The notes: generated by a model not told the origin, from the letters alone. 64,000 nucleotides of DNA from the human T2T-CHM13v2.0 reference genome, Homo sapiens (GCA_009914755.4 CP068257.2:17504001-17568000); one strand, 5' to 3'; shown: positions 33,681 through 47,527, counted from the stretch's first letter. Numbers and translations are program-made.

Positions 33681-35986
33681 AAGGAAAGCACAATTCAGTC
33701 CATAGACCATGGTAAACAATTTGATACAAAAGGCTTGGAAGCAGAAAGTAGTGAAAAGAAATCAGAGTTTACATTTTCTGATTCCTTCTAGATATCAATA
33801 TATTAATAATTAGGACGACTGAAGAGAGAGTTAATTTGAGGGAGAAAATTATGAAGACAGATTTGGAACTGCTGAATTTGGATGCTTTAGAATATTCAGG
33901 CAGCACTAAATTACAGGCATTTGAAATACGGTTGTTAAGCTTGGATGATTTAGAAATAATTAATATCTTAGAGCTTTAAAATGGAAACTTTTCACTTTAG
34001 GGTGACCATTTGGAAGTGGCAGGTACCAAGGATAGAGTTCTGAAATCTTAGGATCATGCAGAACAGGAAAAGGCAATAAATAATACTCTTCATTAGTGAA
34101 AAGTATTTTATACGTGCTAAATTCTATGTAAATATTTCAAGCTGACTTTTTTTAATCCTCCCAAAAACCTATTAGGTAAGGTCTAATATTTCCAAATTAA
34201 ATGTGAAAAAATGATTGTAATCGTTATTTATTAGTCCAAATTTTCAGAGTTATTAATTGAATAAGCCATGATTTGAACACAAGCCATTTCACCCCAAAGC
34301 CTACCTTATTAATCTAGAAAAAATCTTTAAGGTATTTTTCTTTTGTTAACAGATGTGTTATCTACAATGTTATTCTTTATATCTGTTCATTGTCTCACCA
34401 AATACATGAATTCATAAATATTCACCCTGATGTTTGATCTTTTTACAACCTGGCAAATGGGCAATTGAGTGTTTTCTTTGTAAATTATCTTTGCAATAAA
34501 TAATTTATTAGGATGTTTTTACTTACTGTACTGGTAAGAATTACTAAATTGAAAATTAATAAAATATGTACAACTTAAACAGTACATAAGATATTGATTT
34601 TAAGGCATTAATTGATGGGTTTATATTAAATAGCTTATAGACTGATACAACCTCTTTAAGTACTCATACATTTAGCCTTAAGACTAATTAAATAAATTAG
34701 AATTTTTCAAGTTAAAGAATTTTTATTTCTTTCAGAGTAAATGGACTAACAAAAACTTCCATGGGGATCTTTTCTGAATTATCAAAAGAGAATAAGGCTC
34801 ACTGGTAAAAGAAATATAAAAGTATATATTTCATATTTTAAACCAAAATATAAAAGTCTAATCCTCTACATTTATTTCTAAATATAAACTATTACATTTC
34901 AAGCTATTATCTTTATTACACATAATTTAATAGATGAGAATTACATAAATTCCTATTACTAATGAATATAATTATTATGCTTTTTTCATTGTATTTGACT
35001 ATTTAGTTTGTTCATGTATATTTTATTTCACTAATATATTTTTTCATTTTTTTTGTTATCATCTACAGAGGGCAATATATAGCTTTGCTATTCAAAAAGT
35101 ATATTAAATCTAGATGTAAGCTTCCATGCTTCCTATAAGCATGGCTTAACAAGTATCTCGTTAACTGTACAATATCAAAAAGTGTCAAAAGACAAGACCT
35201 TTTTGTTGGACTTTTGCTTATCTTTTCAGTTACAAATATTTCTGAATGTGCTTTTTCTCATTCTCATGTATATAAGACAACCTGAATTGCTTTAGCTACG
35301 CCATGTGTAGTTAAACATTTTTTTAAGAAAAATACAGATATCTCCTAAAAGAATAACAATGTATCGTGAGCTATAAAAATAATGTGGATGGTGTGTGTGA
35401 ATAGTTTTTAAAGTAGTAATTCTGACTGTGGAAGTTACTTTACTTGTGCCAGAGAAGAAATAGTCAGTTCTGCATTTTAATTGACTATTGCTTGTATGAG
35501 GTAAAAAACAAAATAAGACAAACAAAAGTTTGCAACAGCCTTAACAGAGAAGACCATTTCCTACCTGAGGTAAGATATCAAGGAACTTCTTGACATGAAA
35601 GAATAATACTTAACTGAGTCTCAAGTTAAAAAGAAGCTGACAGGGATAATGCGATATTGAATTCTACTTATCTAAATTGATTCCCACATTCATCTTAAAT
35701 AAAATGAAAGATAAATCCTCATTTGGAAGTAATGACATACTTGAAAAAAAGTAAATGCTTCAATTCAATATCTCCAGATATATATTTTACTTTCATTTCT
35801 GTAATATTTCACTCCATGAATTTCTGAAATGTTCTTCACTGGAGATTCTTTTAATCTCCAAAACTTCATATCCAATAAGATTCATTCTCCTGCTTCTCAT
35901 TTCCTTCCAACTCATGGATTGACATCCTTGAGTAAAAACTTCCATTATTTAAGCTAATGTCATATGTCTATATCACCTTCCATTTA

Positions 35987-36245
<259 letters not shown>

Positions 36246-37612
36246 TTACAGGTCACTTTTTTATCTTACCAAGAACTTTAGAACCTTCTCCATCCTAGCA
36301 CCAACTATAATAATCAGAGATTTAAATGGCTGTTTTGTCTTTCCTTAATATCCCACAATACTTCAAATATTTTATTTGTTATATATGTATTAATATTTAC
36401 TTTAAGTCTATTTATGTGTGAAATATGAAAAGAAAAGAGTTAAACAATATTTTGAACCTCTGTTTTAGGAAAATATGTGAAGAAATGAAAAAAATACTCA
36501 GTAGACATGAGTACAAATTAGAGGGCATGAATGAGGGCATGGCTAAGCTTAAGATCTCTGGGAAAAGACCTACAGATAAGACAGTTTGCACTATTTACTT
36601 TTAATGTGATTATTGTTGGGGAAAGCAGCCCCACACCACCTGGTGGGTACCTCGAGTTCGCTGGAGACAAAGGAATTAGAAAGAGACAGAATAAGTGTTT
36701 GAAAGGCGGGTCCAGGGGACCGGAGCATCGGAGCCTCGCTCATGGCCCAGAGCTCTTCAGCTCCACCTAATTTATTGGTTTACAAGCTCTTTGTTCTTAG
36801 GGAAGATGGGAGGGGTAGGAAAGGATGAGGAAAAGGATTAATCAAGGAAGGAGAACTCATGATTCATTCAATAAGATGTATAGCAGTGGTGGTTTCTGTG
36901 AATTTCCTTGAGCAAAGGCTTGTGTCTAAACTCTTGTTCCCACAATTATTGATATGATTACATTTAAGTTTATCATCAAAATTTATTTTATATTTGCCCC
37001 ATCTGGTATTTTTTATTTGTTTTCTTTTCCATTTTTCTGCCTTCTCTTGTACTAATTATTTTATATAATTTTATCTCTTTTGCTGGCTTCTTAGCTGTTA
37101 TGCTTATTTTGATGATTGTTTTAGTAGTTATAGGAAACATCTGTGATGTTTAATTCTGAATGTCAACTCGACTGGATTAAGAGATACCTAGATAGTGGTA
37201 ATGCATTCTTTCTGTGTGTATCCGTGAATTGGTGGGCTGAGTGGAGAATATCTGCCTTCAATGTGGGCAGATGCCATACCGTTGGCTGGGGCTCAGAGAG
37301 AACAAAAAGGCAGAGGAAAAACAAATTTCCCCTCTCACTTCTGGAGATGGAACACTTTTCTTCTGCTTTTGGACATCAGAAATCCAAGTTCTCTGGCCTT
37401 TGGACTTTGGGACTTGTGCCAGCACCCTCCTGGGTTCCCTGGCCTTTGGCCTCAAACTGAAGGTTACACTATCAGCTTCCGTTGTTCTAAGGGCTTCAGA
37501 CTTGGACAGCCACACTGCCAGCTTCCCTGATTCTTCAGCTTGTAGATGGTCTGTTATGGGACTTTTCTCAGTCTCCATAAATATGTGAGTCAATTCCCCA
37601 AGTGAATTGCCT

Positions 37613-37628
37613 TCTATCTATCTATCTA

Positions 37629-37665
<37 letters not shown>

Positions 37666-37693
37666 ATCTATCTATCTATCATCTATCTATCCA

Positions 37694-37741
<48 letters not shown>

Positions 37742-37750
37742 GTCTATCTA
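37613..37750. repeat. D21S11: D21S11 compound tetranucleotide STR: [TCTA]4 [TCTG]6 [TCTA]3 TA [TCTA]3 TCA [TCTA]2 TCCATA [TCTA]11 TCG [TCTA]2
   Basis: Repeat blocks counted base by base. Flanked by the exact published D21S11 primer sequences ATATGTGAGTCAATTCCCCAAG (37581-37602) and the reverse complement of TGTATTAGTCAATGTTCTCCAG (37782-37803). Confidence 0.97.
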
Positions 37751-38590
37751 TCCAGTCTATCTACCTCCTATTAGTCTGTCTCTGGAGAACATTGACTAAT
37801 ACAACATCTTTAATATATCACAGTTTAATTTCAAGTTATATCATACCACTTCATACATTATATAAAACCTTACAGTGTTTCTCCCTTCTCAGTGTTTATG
37901 GCTAGTAATTTTTTACTGGGTGCCAGACACTAATTTTTATTTTGCTAAGTGGTGAATATTTTTTATATCCTTAAAAATATTTTTGAGTGTTGATCTGGGT
38001 AAAGTTAAGTTCAATATTGGAAAAATATTGATTCTTTTGAGGATAGTTATCTTCTAATTAGTCTACCTGTTGCCCCATAAATGGCATGATTTTCCACTCT
38101 GTGTGAGTCCTCGACACAGCTCTCTAATTCTTTCTGATAGTCATTTTTCTGGACTTGGGTAGATTACTCAGAAGTACTCCCTAATCACCACTCAGATGAA
38201 AACCTGTGAGGCCTCTCTGCAGATCTGTACAGCTGTCCTTGGAGTGAGCTGTCTCCTCTCCAGAACCCTGCTTTGTAAATTACAGCTTTCTTGTCCCTCC
38301 AAGATTCCCAGCTCCACTTCTTCAATTCAGGGAATCCACTAGGTTCCACATAAACTATCCTGCCTGGTGCTGTAGCCTAGAAACTCTCTCAGACATGAAG
38401 TTGGGCAAATTGCAAGTCTCACTTCATTTGTTTCCTTTCTCTTAGAGATCATTAAACTGTATTGCGTGATGTCCAACATCTTGAAACAATTATTTTGTAT
38501 ATCTTGTCTGATTTTATATTTGTTTAGGTGGAAGGATGAATCCAATTCCTGTTATATCATTTTGGCCAGTAAAGAAAACTAACACAAGAA

Positions 38591-38848
38591 CAGAAAACCA
38601 AACATCGCATGTTCTCACTCATAAGTGGGAGTTGAACAATGAGAACACTTGGCCCCCGGGAGGGTGGACATCCCACACTGGGGCCTGTCGGGGGGTGGGG
38701 GGCTAGGGGAGGGATAGCATTAGGAGAAATACCTAATGTATATGACGGGTTGATGGGTGCAGCAAACCACCATGGCACGTGTATACCTATGTAACAAACC
38801 TGCACGTCCTGCACATGTACCCCAGAACTTAAAATATAATAAAAAAAG
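38591..38848 (+). mobile_element. L1 3'-terminal fragment (L1PA-type 3'UTR with short A-tail)
   Basis: aaaccaaacatcgcatgttctcactcataagtgggagttgaacaatgagaacacttgg...gggatagcattaggagaaatacctaatgtatatgacgggttgatgggtgcagcaaaccaccatggcacgtgtatacctatgtaacaaacctgcacgtcctgcacatgtaccccagaacttaaaatataataaaaaaag. Confidence 0.93.
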
Positions 38849-38871
38849 AAGGCACAACTTTTATTTTTTTT

Positions 38872-39234
38872 AGCATTTCTTTTGTAAGCATGTGTTTTAT
38901 ATACTTTATGCTATGCAGACATTAGTCAGTGTTTTTAGCAACTTCCAGAAAATACATGAGGAGAGTGTACTTTTGAAGCTAAAATACATGGCTTCAATTA
39001 TGTTTTGAAATGAAAGACTTTTGTTGTAAAATTGTTGAATTCTTCATTAAATGACTCGGGTTTTAAGACAGCTGTAATAATAACTAACATTACATTACTA
39101 ATGTGATTATGATCTTCCTGTGTATTACAAACTATATTTCATGCTGGGTGATGGGACTTAGGGCTTACTGTGAGATGATTCTAGCTTCATAGCCCAGATT
39201 GCTGGTTATTAGACTCCAGCTCATACGGCATCAC
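38872..39234. repeat. Left arm of a ~360-bp inverted repeat (partner at 40624-40977)
   Basis: The reverse complement of 38872-39234 aligns along its whole length at about 88-90% identity with 40624-40977, for example catctcacagtaagccctaag(t/c)tccatcacccagcatgaaatatagtttgtaatacacaggaagat(t/c)ataatcacatt. Confidence 0.9.
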
Positions 39235-39350
39235 TCTTTCTTATTCTTAGCAAGAACATGGACAAGTTTTCATTTTCAGTGTACCTTCCTCACCCTACAG
39301 AACGGTTGAGAGGTTATATCTTAGGCCTGTTAAAATCATGGTTGCTTTCA

Positions 39351-39653
<303 letters not shown>

Positions 39654-40623
39654 TCATGGTTGCTTTCAGAAAATGTCAACGTTAAAATTACATCTACATA
39701 AAAACTTGGTTACAGCAGGACATACCTCCTCCAAATAAAAGTATGTTGTGATACCTCTTTCTTTTTGTAGCCATATCTCTGCAGATATATTTCTGTATAT
39801 TTTTATATTAAAAAAGTAACAGATCTTAAATATGTCTCCTTGTGTTTTCTGTACTTTACCATATTTTTATGACACTTAAACATTTTACACTTAAGAATAA
39901 CACAGATATAAAATTTGTAAAGAAATTAAAATATATCATTTTTAGTATCAGTAGTGCAAATGCAAAAGTTAAAATGAAAAAGTGTCTTCCTGAATCTCCC
40001 TGAACTGTGAAAGAGATTTTCTAGAAAATAAATTTACTAGAGTGCTTGAAAAAAGCAAGTATGCAAACTACATGACTCAAATTTGGAAAAATTTGATATT
40101 AAGTGAATGCAAATTAGCCTTGATGGACAAAAAGCAATAAAAGATTATCCCGGATTGCTCTTCCCTTTACTAAAGCAGATGTTGACAGAAATATTGCAAT
40201 CCCCACTATGTTGACAAGCTACAACCCACAAATGACATTGCTATTTTCAACAGAGAAAAAGTTCACAGCTTAAAGCTTTTCACCAATAATAATACTGTGC
40301 TCAATTTTAAAATAATATTTATATTTTATAGATAATGATTGAAAATTTTATGAATGAAATAATAATGAAACCTTCTACCAATACTCAGAAAGAAAACACA
40401 GGTATGGCTGTGTTAAGAAATTCAATGATAATATTAAAAACAGCTAGCTCTTAATCATATTTCAGGCCATGTTCAAATTTCTTATGCATATAAACTTTAT
40501 GCACATAATGCATTTAAGATACAACATATCAACCATTCTCTAGGGTGAGGAAGGTTTGCTGAATATGAATACTTGTCCATGTGCTTCTTAGAAACGAACA
40601 ACAACAAAAAAAACAATGAAGCT

Positions 40624-40977
40624 GCATGAGCTGGAGGTTAATATCCAGCAATTCAGAATATTAAGCTACAGCCATCTCACAGTAAGCCCTAAGTTCCATC
40701 ACCCAGCATGAAATATAGTTTGTAATACACAGGAAGATTATAATCACATTGGTAATGTTAGTTATTATTACAGCTGTATTAAAACCTGAGTCATTCAATA
40801 AAAAACTCAACAATTTTACAACAAAGTTCCTTGTTTCAAAACATAATTGAAGCCATGTATCTTAGCTTCAAAGCACACTCTCCTCATGTATTTTCTGAAA
40901 GTTAAAAAAAAAAACAACCATTGACTAGGGTCTGCATAGTGTAAGTCTATAAAACACATGCTTAGAAAAGAAATATC
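40624..40977. repeat. Right arm of the ~360-bp inverted repeat
   Basis: See the left arm. The inner ends also pair: ...ctccagctcatacgg on the left corresponds to ...gcatgagctggagg on the right. Confidence 0.9.
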
Positions 40978-42194
40978 TAAAAATATTATCAAATAACCCT
41001 ATGGAACAGGCATCATTATTATTATTGGAGTCAGACTCAATCAGAAATTTGATTTCCAAGCATCTCATCAGATATTGGGCCTTTCTTTTTCATGGGAATC
41101 TATGTGAATGACCCCAGTGGTTCAGTCAGAAATTAATCTATTTGCATAGTTGATGGCTTTTAAGAGGAGTGATTTTTAATTTAACAGTGTGTAGTTTTCC
41201 ATGTGACAGACCAAACATATAGATTACTTGCAAAAGGAGAAGAGTCATAGTTCTACCTTCTGAACAGAGTGACCTCATCTACTTCTGGTTCTGCAGAGCT
41301 GGAACTGAGGTTGAATGGTTCCAGCATCCTAATAGATATCTGGTTGTAGCTTCATCCAACCATCAGGGATCCAGGCCCAGGTATTTAGGGGAACCTCTGC
41401 TTCCTAATCATGTGCCCCTTTGAGTTGACAGCTTTGCTTCAGTACATGGAGTGGGGCATAAACTCCCCATACAACCCCAGTGGATAGCACCCAATTATTC
41501 ATGTAAAGCAAAAATGCCACTGGGGCAAAGCAGGTGTGGTCTTCAATACACTAATTCCATTTTGGAAGCTTTCACATCTTGTTAATCATGGAATACTAGT
41601 AGACTTAGCACAAAATGGAAATTCAGGCTGAGAAGTCACATGGCCTTGCTGAGTCAGGCCTTCATTTTCAACAAGAGATTAGTGGCAAGCAAATAGCAGC
41701 TTCTAAAAGAAGGTGTACTTGGTAGCTGTGTTAGGGAAACCTCTAAGTCCAAAACTCCAAGGATCATCCTGGGGTGGAGGTTGCCTCCCTTTGCTAAAGG
41801 TTTAGTCAACAAAATTATCAGTCACCAAGACTTGTTCTGTCTCCATATACAAACTGATGAACAAAGTGCTAGGCCTTCGTTTTGATGGTAGGGGTCTGAA
41901 AAGACAGCAGTTTTCCCTAAACTGCTGGATGGATGACATGAATCTGCCCATGTAGTCCTCCAAAATTTATTTGGTCCATGAATTTTATTGGGTTTTCTGT
42001 CATCGCTGCTGATATAGGTATGTTAACATTACAGGCAGGACAGCTGATACTGCTGCTTCTAACTTACCAAATCCCATGGACGTCATCTATATAATAAAAG
42101 AATTAGTTATGAGATGGTGGAGGTCCTTATGCTAAATCCTCATGCTAAATCCCCACCAACTGGTGGTAAATGAGAAGGAAGTCTGTTGCATTAT

Positions 42195-42219
42195 TCTCTC
42201 TCTCTTTCTCTCTCTCTCG
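42195..42219. repeat. (CT)n simple repeat
   Basis: ctctctctctttctctctctctc. Confidence 0.85.
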
Positions 42220-42499
42220 CACTTCTTCCTCAATCAGGTTGACTCTATGATATTTATGGGATGAAGAAGTTCAAACATACAACCCATCAATTCCTGTTAT
42301 GTATTCAAGTGTAAAAGCAACAAAAAAAGAGTCCATTGAATTGGCCCAAAGAGCCCCACATACAAGGTCATGTTTGCTTTGTTCCCTTCCATTGTGAACC
42401 TTGCTTGAACTTATGAGTAAAATTCAAGTGTCCTCTCGTTTTTCAAGTCTTGGGCATCTGTATCCACAGAGCCATAAAAATGTAATTACCTCTGTATTA

Positions 42500-42532
42500 G
42501 TCAGGGTTCTCCAGAGGGACAGAACTAAGAGG

Positions 42533-42578
<46 letters not shown>

Positions 42579-43075
42579 GAGTTTATTAAGGAATATTAAC
42601 ACACATGATCATGAGGTGAGGTCTCACAATAGGCCATCTGCAAGCTGAAGAACAAGGAAGCCAGTCTGAGTCCTAAAGCTGAAGAACTTGGAGGCTGATG
42701 TTTGAGGGCAGGAAGCATCCAGCATTGGAGAAAGATGTGGATGTAGGCTGGAAAGCTAAGCCAGTCTAATCTTTCATGTTCCTCTGCCTGTTTTTTTCTG
42801 GCCATACTGGCAGCTGATTAGATAGATTGTGCATACCCAGATTGGGAGTGAGTCTGCCTTTCCCAGTCCACTGACTCAAATGTTAATCTTCTTTGGCAAC
42901 ACCCTCATAGACACACCCAGGAACAATACTTTGCATCCTTCAATCCAATCGAGTCAACCTTCAATGCATCACACCCTCCATTCCCCAAAGTTCCCCAGAA
43001 TATTTAGTCTTTTTCTTCTTTTCTTTTTTGTGTATCTATAGTTGGAATTTTATCCACCTATAAAAGCCAATGAAG
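42500..43075 (+). repeat. Ancient LTR-like interspersed repeat, copy B, containing an (AC)19 microsatellite at 42535-42573
   Basis: gtattagtcagggttctccagagggacagaactaagaggatacacacac...atatatgagtttattaaggaatattaacacacatgatcatgaggtgaggtctcacaataggccatctgcaagctgaagaacaaggaagccagtc...gtccactgactcaaatgttaatcttctttggcaacaccctcatagacacacccaggaacaatactttgc. This is a common human repeat architecture, but I cannot name the family with confidence. Confidence 0.5.
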
Positions 43076-43159
43076 TACTAATACATGCTACAATTTAGAC
43101 ACAAAAATATGAACCTAGGTGAAAGAAACCAGACACAAAGGTCACAGATGGTGTGATCA

Positions 43160-43395
43160 CATTTATATGAAACATTCAGAAGCTGGAAATGCAGAGACAG
43201 AAAGCAGGTTGATGGTTGTCAGGGGCTTGCATGAGGAAGGAGTGGAGAGTGATTGCTCCATGGAACTCAGTTCCTTGTTGGCATGATGAGAGTCCTTTGG
43301 ACTAGATAGAGGTGGTTGTTGCAACACTGAAAATGTACTAAATGCCACCGAATTATATACTTTAAAAGAGGGATTTCCTAAGTCCCAGGCCATGG
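43160..43395 (+). mobile_element. Old L1 (L1M-type) 3'-end fragment
   Basis: cagagacagaaagcaggttgatggttgtcaggggcttgcatgaggaaggagtggagagtgattgctccatgg...gcaacactgaaaatgtactaaatgccaccgaattatatactttaaaa matches the L1M 3'UTR motif (…agtggttgccaggggctgg…aatgtacttaatgccactgaactgtacacttaaaaatgg…). Confidence 0.7.
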
Positions 43396-43396
43396 A

Positions 43397-43870
43397 CCAG
43401 TACTAGTCTGTGGCCTGTTAGGAACTGGGTCGCTCAGTAGGAGGTGAGGAAGGGGCCAGCAAGCATTACCACCTGAGCTCTGCCTGCAGTCATATCAGTG
43501 GTGGCATTAGATTCTCATAGAAGTGGAAACCCTATTGTGAACTGCACATGACAGGGATCTAGGTTGCAAGCTCCTTATAAGAATGTAATGCCTGATGTTC
43601 TGTCACTGTCTCCCATCACTCCCAGATGGGACTGTCTAGTTGCAGGAAAACAAGCTCAGGGCTCCCACCGATTCTACATGATGGTGAGTTGTATAATTAT
43701 TTCATTATATTTTACAATGTAACAATAATATGAAGTGTATAATAAATGTAGTGTGTGATTGAATCATCTATCCCCAAACCACCCCCAACCCTGTCCATGG
43801 GAAAACTGTCTTCCATGAAACTAGTCTCTAGTGCCAAAAAGGTTGGGGATTGCTGCTTTAAAATGCTCAA
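43397..43870. mobile_element. Half copy of a palindromic non-autonomous DNA transposon (MITE), from the centre to the right terminal inverted repeat (TIR)
   Basis: ggccatggaccagtactagtctgtggcctgttaggaactgggtcgc...cattagattctcatag... ends in ...ccatgggaaaactgtcttccatgaaactagtctctagtgccaaaaaggttggggattgctg. Terminal motif ccaaaaaggttgggga..ctg is characteristic of a palindromic human MITE family. The family name is not recalled. Confidence 0.5.
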
Positions 43871-45544
43871 CTTTATGTTATCAGGATTTTACCTTAATAA
43901 AAGAAATTTAAGGAACAGAGACATGGTTCTATGCAGATTTCTTTTACCTTAAGAAGTTGCACCACAATCCAGTGCTTCTGATGTGAGGTGGAATTTCTAG
44001 TAGGTGAGAGATGTCCTAAGTACCATAGTTTTCAGACATTAAACTACCCCTCTTACTTTTATCTTTTTAAAAAAGGTTCAACTTTTATTACAGAGTAAAG
44101 GTTACACATGTCTTTTTCTTAAAGCAGTTGAGTTGGGGGCAAACAGGGAACAAGACATCAGGGAGCATGGAGTGGGGAACACCTCCTCACCAATATGCCT
44201 GCCACGTTTGTTTTTCATGTGATGCAGAGAGATGAATCAAGTGTCTTTTATTTTCAGTTTAGCCCTCTACCAGCTTTTGACGCCTTTACCATCTATTATA
44301 CCTCCTTCCTAGAAAAGTAAGTATAAGAAAAAGGCTCATTTATGTGACTTGGTACAATCATCCTACTCCTCAGCATTACTAAAACTCAAGGTAGTTGGGG
44401 TGGACCTTACCTACACCCCACTCCCTTTGGCCACAACTGGGGCTCCAGGGAGTATTCTTACGTCCCACAACTTGGCCCATATAGGGCCCTTGTTCTTTCC
44501 TTTTTCAGAAAACTCTGTCTCTGTCATAATTCCATCCTCCGATCGTCTCAAAAATTGCCAAGGTTTGTCAACGGTCTAAGATTTTACTCTACTGGCAAGC
44601 TAACACATTTGGTTGTCACAATTTCATGGAAACTGGCAGAAGGCATGAGACTCCTGGGTCAGAGACAAAGAACTTTATTAATTATGGCACAGCAGCAGTA
44701 TGAGCTCCAGATTTGCTTCAGTCCCTTTGTCCCACAAATCCCACGAGGAAGGTGCAGAGGTGGGCCCAGGCGAATACTGAAATCTATGGGTTTGTGTCAT
44801 AGCTAAGGAACTCTGATCTTAGAAAATCCCCAATTTTATAAAAAAGACTGCAAGCAAAACTACTAAATCTTTGCCCAGTAGCAGACTTATTTTTGATGTT
44901 CTACTCAGAAATAATTCTACCTTTTTTTTCTATCTTCTAAAGGATTTTTTCTTTAGAAACAAAGTTTTGTCTTCCTAGACTTTTTGTTATAAAAACATCC
45001 TTGAAAAAATAGTCTTGAACAAAATCAGTCATAAGATGTAGAGAAACACCATGAAGAATTGTCCTCCAGAAAAATATTTTTCATTCCCTTTTCCTAATAA
45101 ATGCCTTCAAGAATGAGAAGGCAGTATAGTAAAAATAACACTATACAATTATTGATTGCAGGAAAAAAGAAAATATCTGTTAAGTCCATAAAAGATGGGT
45201 CTTTGCTAAGATCTGTATTTTGATGTTATGCATTTATTTATACTTTAGGCATTTGTGTTCCCTGTAGTTCTAATGTCATCTATATCTTACTCTGTACTGA
45301 TAAAAATAATAAGGAAATTTAAAGACACAAAAATATTTATTGCATATCTGATAATGATAGTGTTGTAGGTAAATATAAAAATACCAGTGTGAAAATGAAA
45401 TATAAATATCTGATTATTTTATGAACATTATAATATATTATATGGGGGATATGTGGGAGATAAAATATAGAAAGATTTAGCATGAAAAAAGAAAGAAAAA
45501 AATCCGATATTTACAATATCTATAAATCTCCAGAAGTTGGATGA

Positions 45545-45835
<291 letters not shown>

Positions 45836-45896
45836 TAAAATAAGTAATGCTAATTGTGGAAATTATAGTAAGAATGTGAACAGAATGCAGCCAGAC

Positions 45897-45994
45897 AGAA
45901 AAAAGAAAGAAAGAAAGAAAGAAAGAGAGAAAGAAAAAAGAAAAGAAAAGACAGAAAGAAAGAAAAAGAAAGAAAGAAAAAGAAAGAAAGAAAA
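45897..45994. repeat. (GAAA)n / purine-rich tract of about 98 bp
   Basis: aaaaagaaagaaagaaagaaagaaagagagaaagaaaaaagaaaagaaaagacagaaagaaagaaaaagaaagaaagaaaaagaaagaaagaaaac. Confidence 0.9.
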
Positions 45995-47370
45995 CAATAT
46001 TGAAGAATCACATGGGGCATTGAAAAATTAAATAAAACATTTAAAATATGAACTGGCCTCTTTCTCCTCACTGTAAGAACCTATGGCATTCACTGGTGTT
46101 TTTGCTTTCAAAGCTACAAGAGACTCAAGCACCAAGGAAAACTCTATCATCTTTGATGCTCAAGATGTGAATATAGAGGACTTTTAACTTTTGTCAGCTT
46201 TGGTGCCTGCTTTATAATAAAATCTCAAAGGCTGATGAAGGAAACAAAAGTATATTTGGACTTTGTGCTTGACAAACTCCTGACTGAGAAAATATATTTT
46301 GTACTCTGCCTAAGATTGCTTGATATACTTACATGCTGAAGTCAGCCCCTTCCCCAATTCATCCCCAGAATCAAGCAATACTGTCAGCAAATTTTACCTC
46401 AGTGCCAAAAACATATCATGTAATGGAGGATTTATCATCTCTTCTTTTTTCCATCAAATAATGATCTTGACTTTGTTTTTGTACCCTCTTGTCTTTCTAT
46501 ATTCTAATAGAATGTGAAAGATTAAAGTGCCAGAAACAAAGATACTAGTAACTTTTCTTTTCCTGGAGTGGAGAGTGGGGATTAGCATGCCTGTGGGTTT
46601 TACTCATCTCATGTAACTCTGAATATAACTGTTAGTCCTTGCCACTGATCTTTCTAAAACAATATAAAGCATTTCAAACATTGTTTAATTACAGTGAGAA
46701 TTCTATGTCTCAGCAATAGATCTTGAAGATAATTAAGCTAATTCAAAATGTAACTTAAAATAAACTTTAACTATCTTGGAAATATTAAAGAAAATATAAT
46801 CGTTCCTCCAGCTGCTCTAGGAAGGTAAAATAGTCAGTAGACAGTTAATATTTATTTAGAGTTTATTTTGTAACAGATAATGTTCTAATAGATACTGTTT
46901 GGCAATATAACAATGCACAAAGGCCAGGTTCTGCCTTAAGGAGTTAATGTTTGAATAAATTAAGATAATATTTATAATAATATGTGACACTAAGTAGGTG
47001 ACGAACACCTGCTTTATAATTTTCCTGATATGTGGCAAATAAAGAAAATTTAGTAACTAAATGTTACATTGTAAAATTAAATAAAGTCTTATAATTATTG
47101 TACACAATCAATCTTAATTTTAAATAATGCAAATGAATTTTAGGACACTGATTTACTTATGTTCTAAGAACAACTGGAGGTTTAGAGAAAGCAATTACAT
47201 GTTTGACAGTATTATATACTGCAAAATTCATTTTCACTAACGGTGGCAACAAGTTAATGTATAAAGGAACAATAAACCACACAATAGCAATTATTTTTCA
47301 CATTAATCAAAACATAAATGTGTGCTAATTGTAATCAGAAATTTCAGCCTTGAGTCACTCTCCTTAAAAC

Positions 47371-47527
47371 ATCTTTATTGAGATATAATTTACATACCAT
47401 AAGGCTTACTCATTTATAGCATATAATTCAATGATTATCAACCTATTTACAGAATTGTGCAACTCTCACCACAATCTAATTTTAGAATATTTTCATCACC
47501 CCAAAGAAAAACCCATACTCGTTAGCA
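47371..47527 (-). mobile_element. Old L1 3'-terminal fragment (reverse orientation)
   Basis: catctttattgagatataatttacataccataaggcttactcatttatagcatataattcaatgattatcaacctatttacagaattgtgcaactctcaccacaatctaattttagaatattttcatcaccccaaagaaaaacccatactcgttagcag. The same motif appears in intact form at 56255-56420. Confidence 0.7.

Noticed and set aside
37613-37790. Regularly spaced tetranucleotide units that might naively suggest a CRISPR-like or engineered array
   Set aside because: The units are 4 bp with no spacers. This is a eukaryotic compound microsatellite, identified positively as D21S11.
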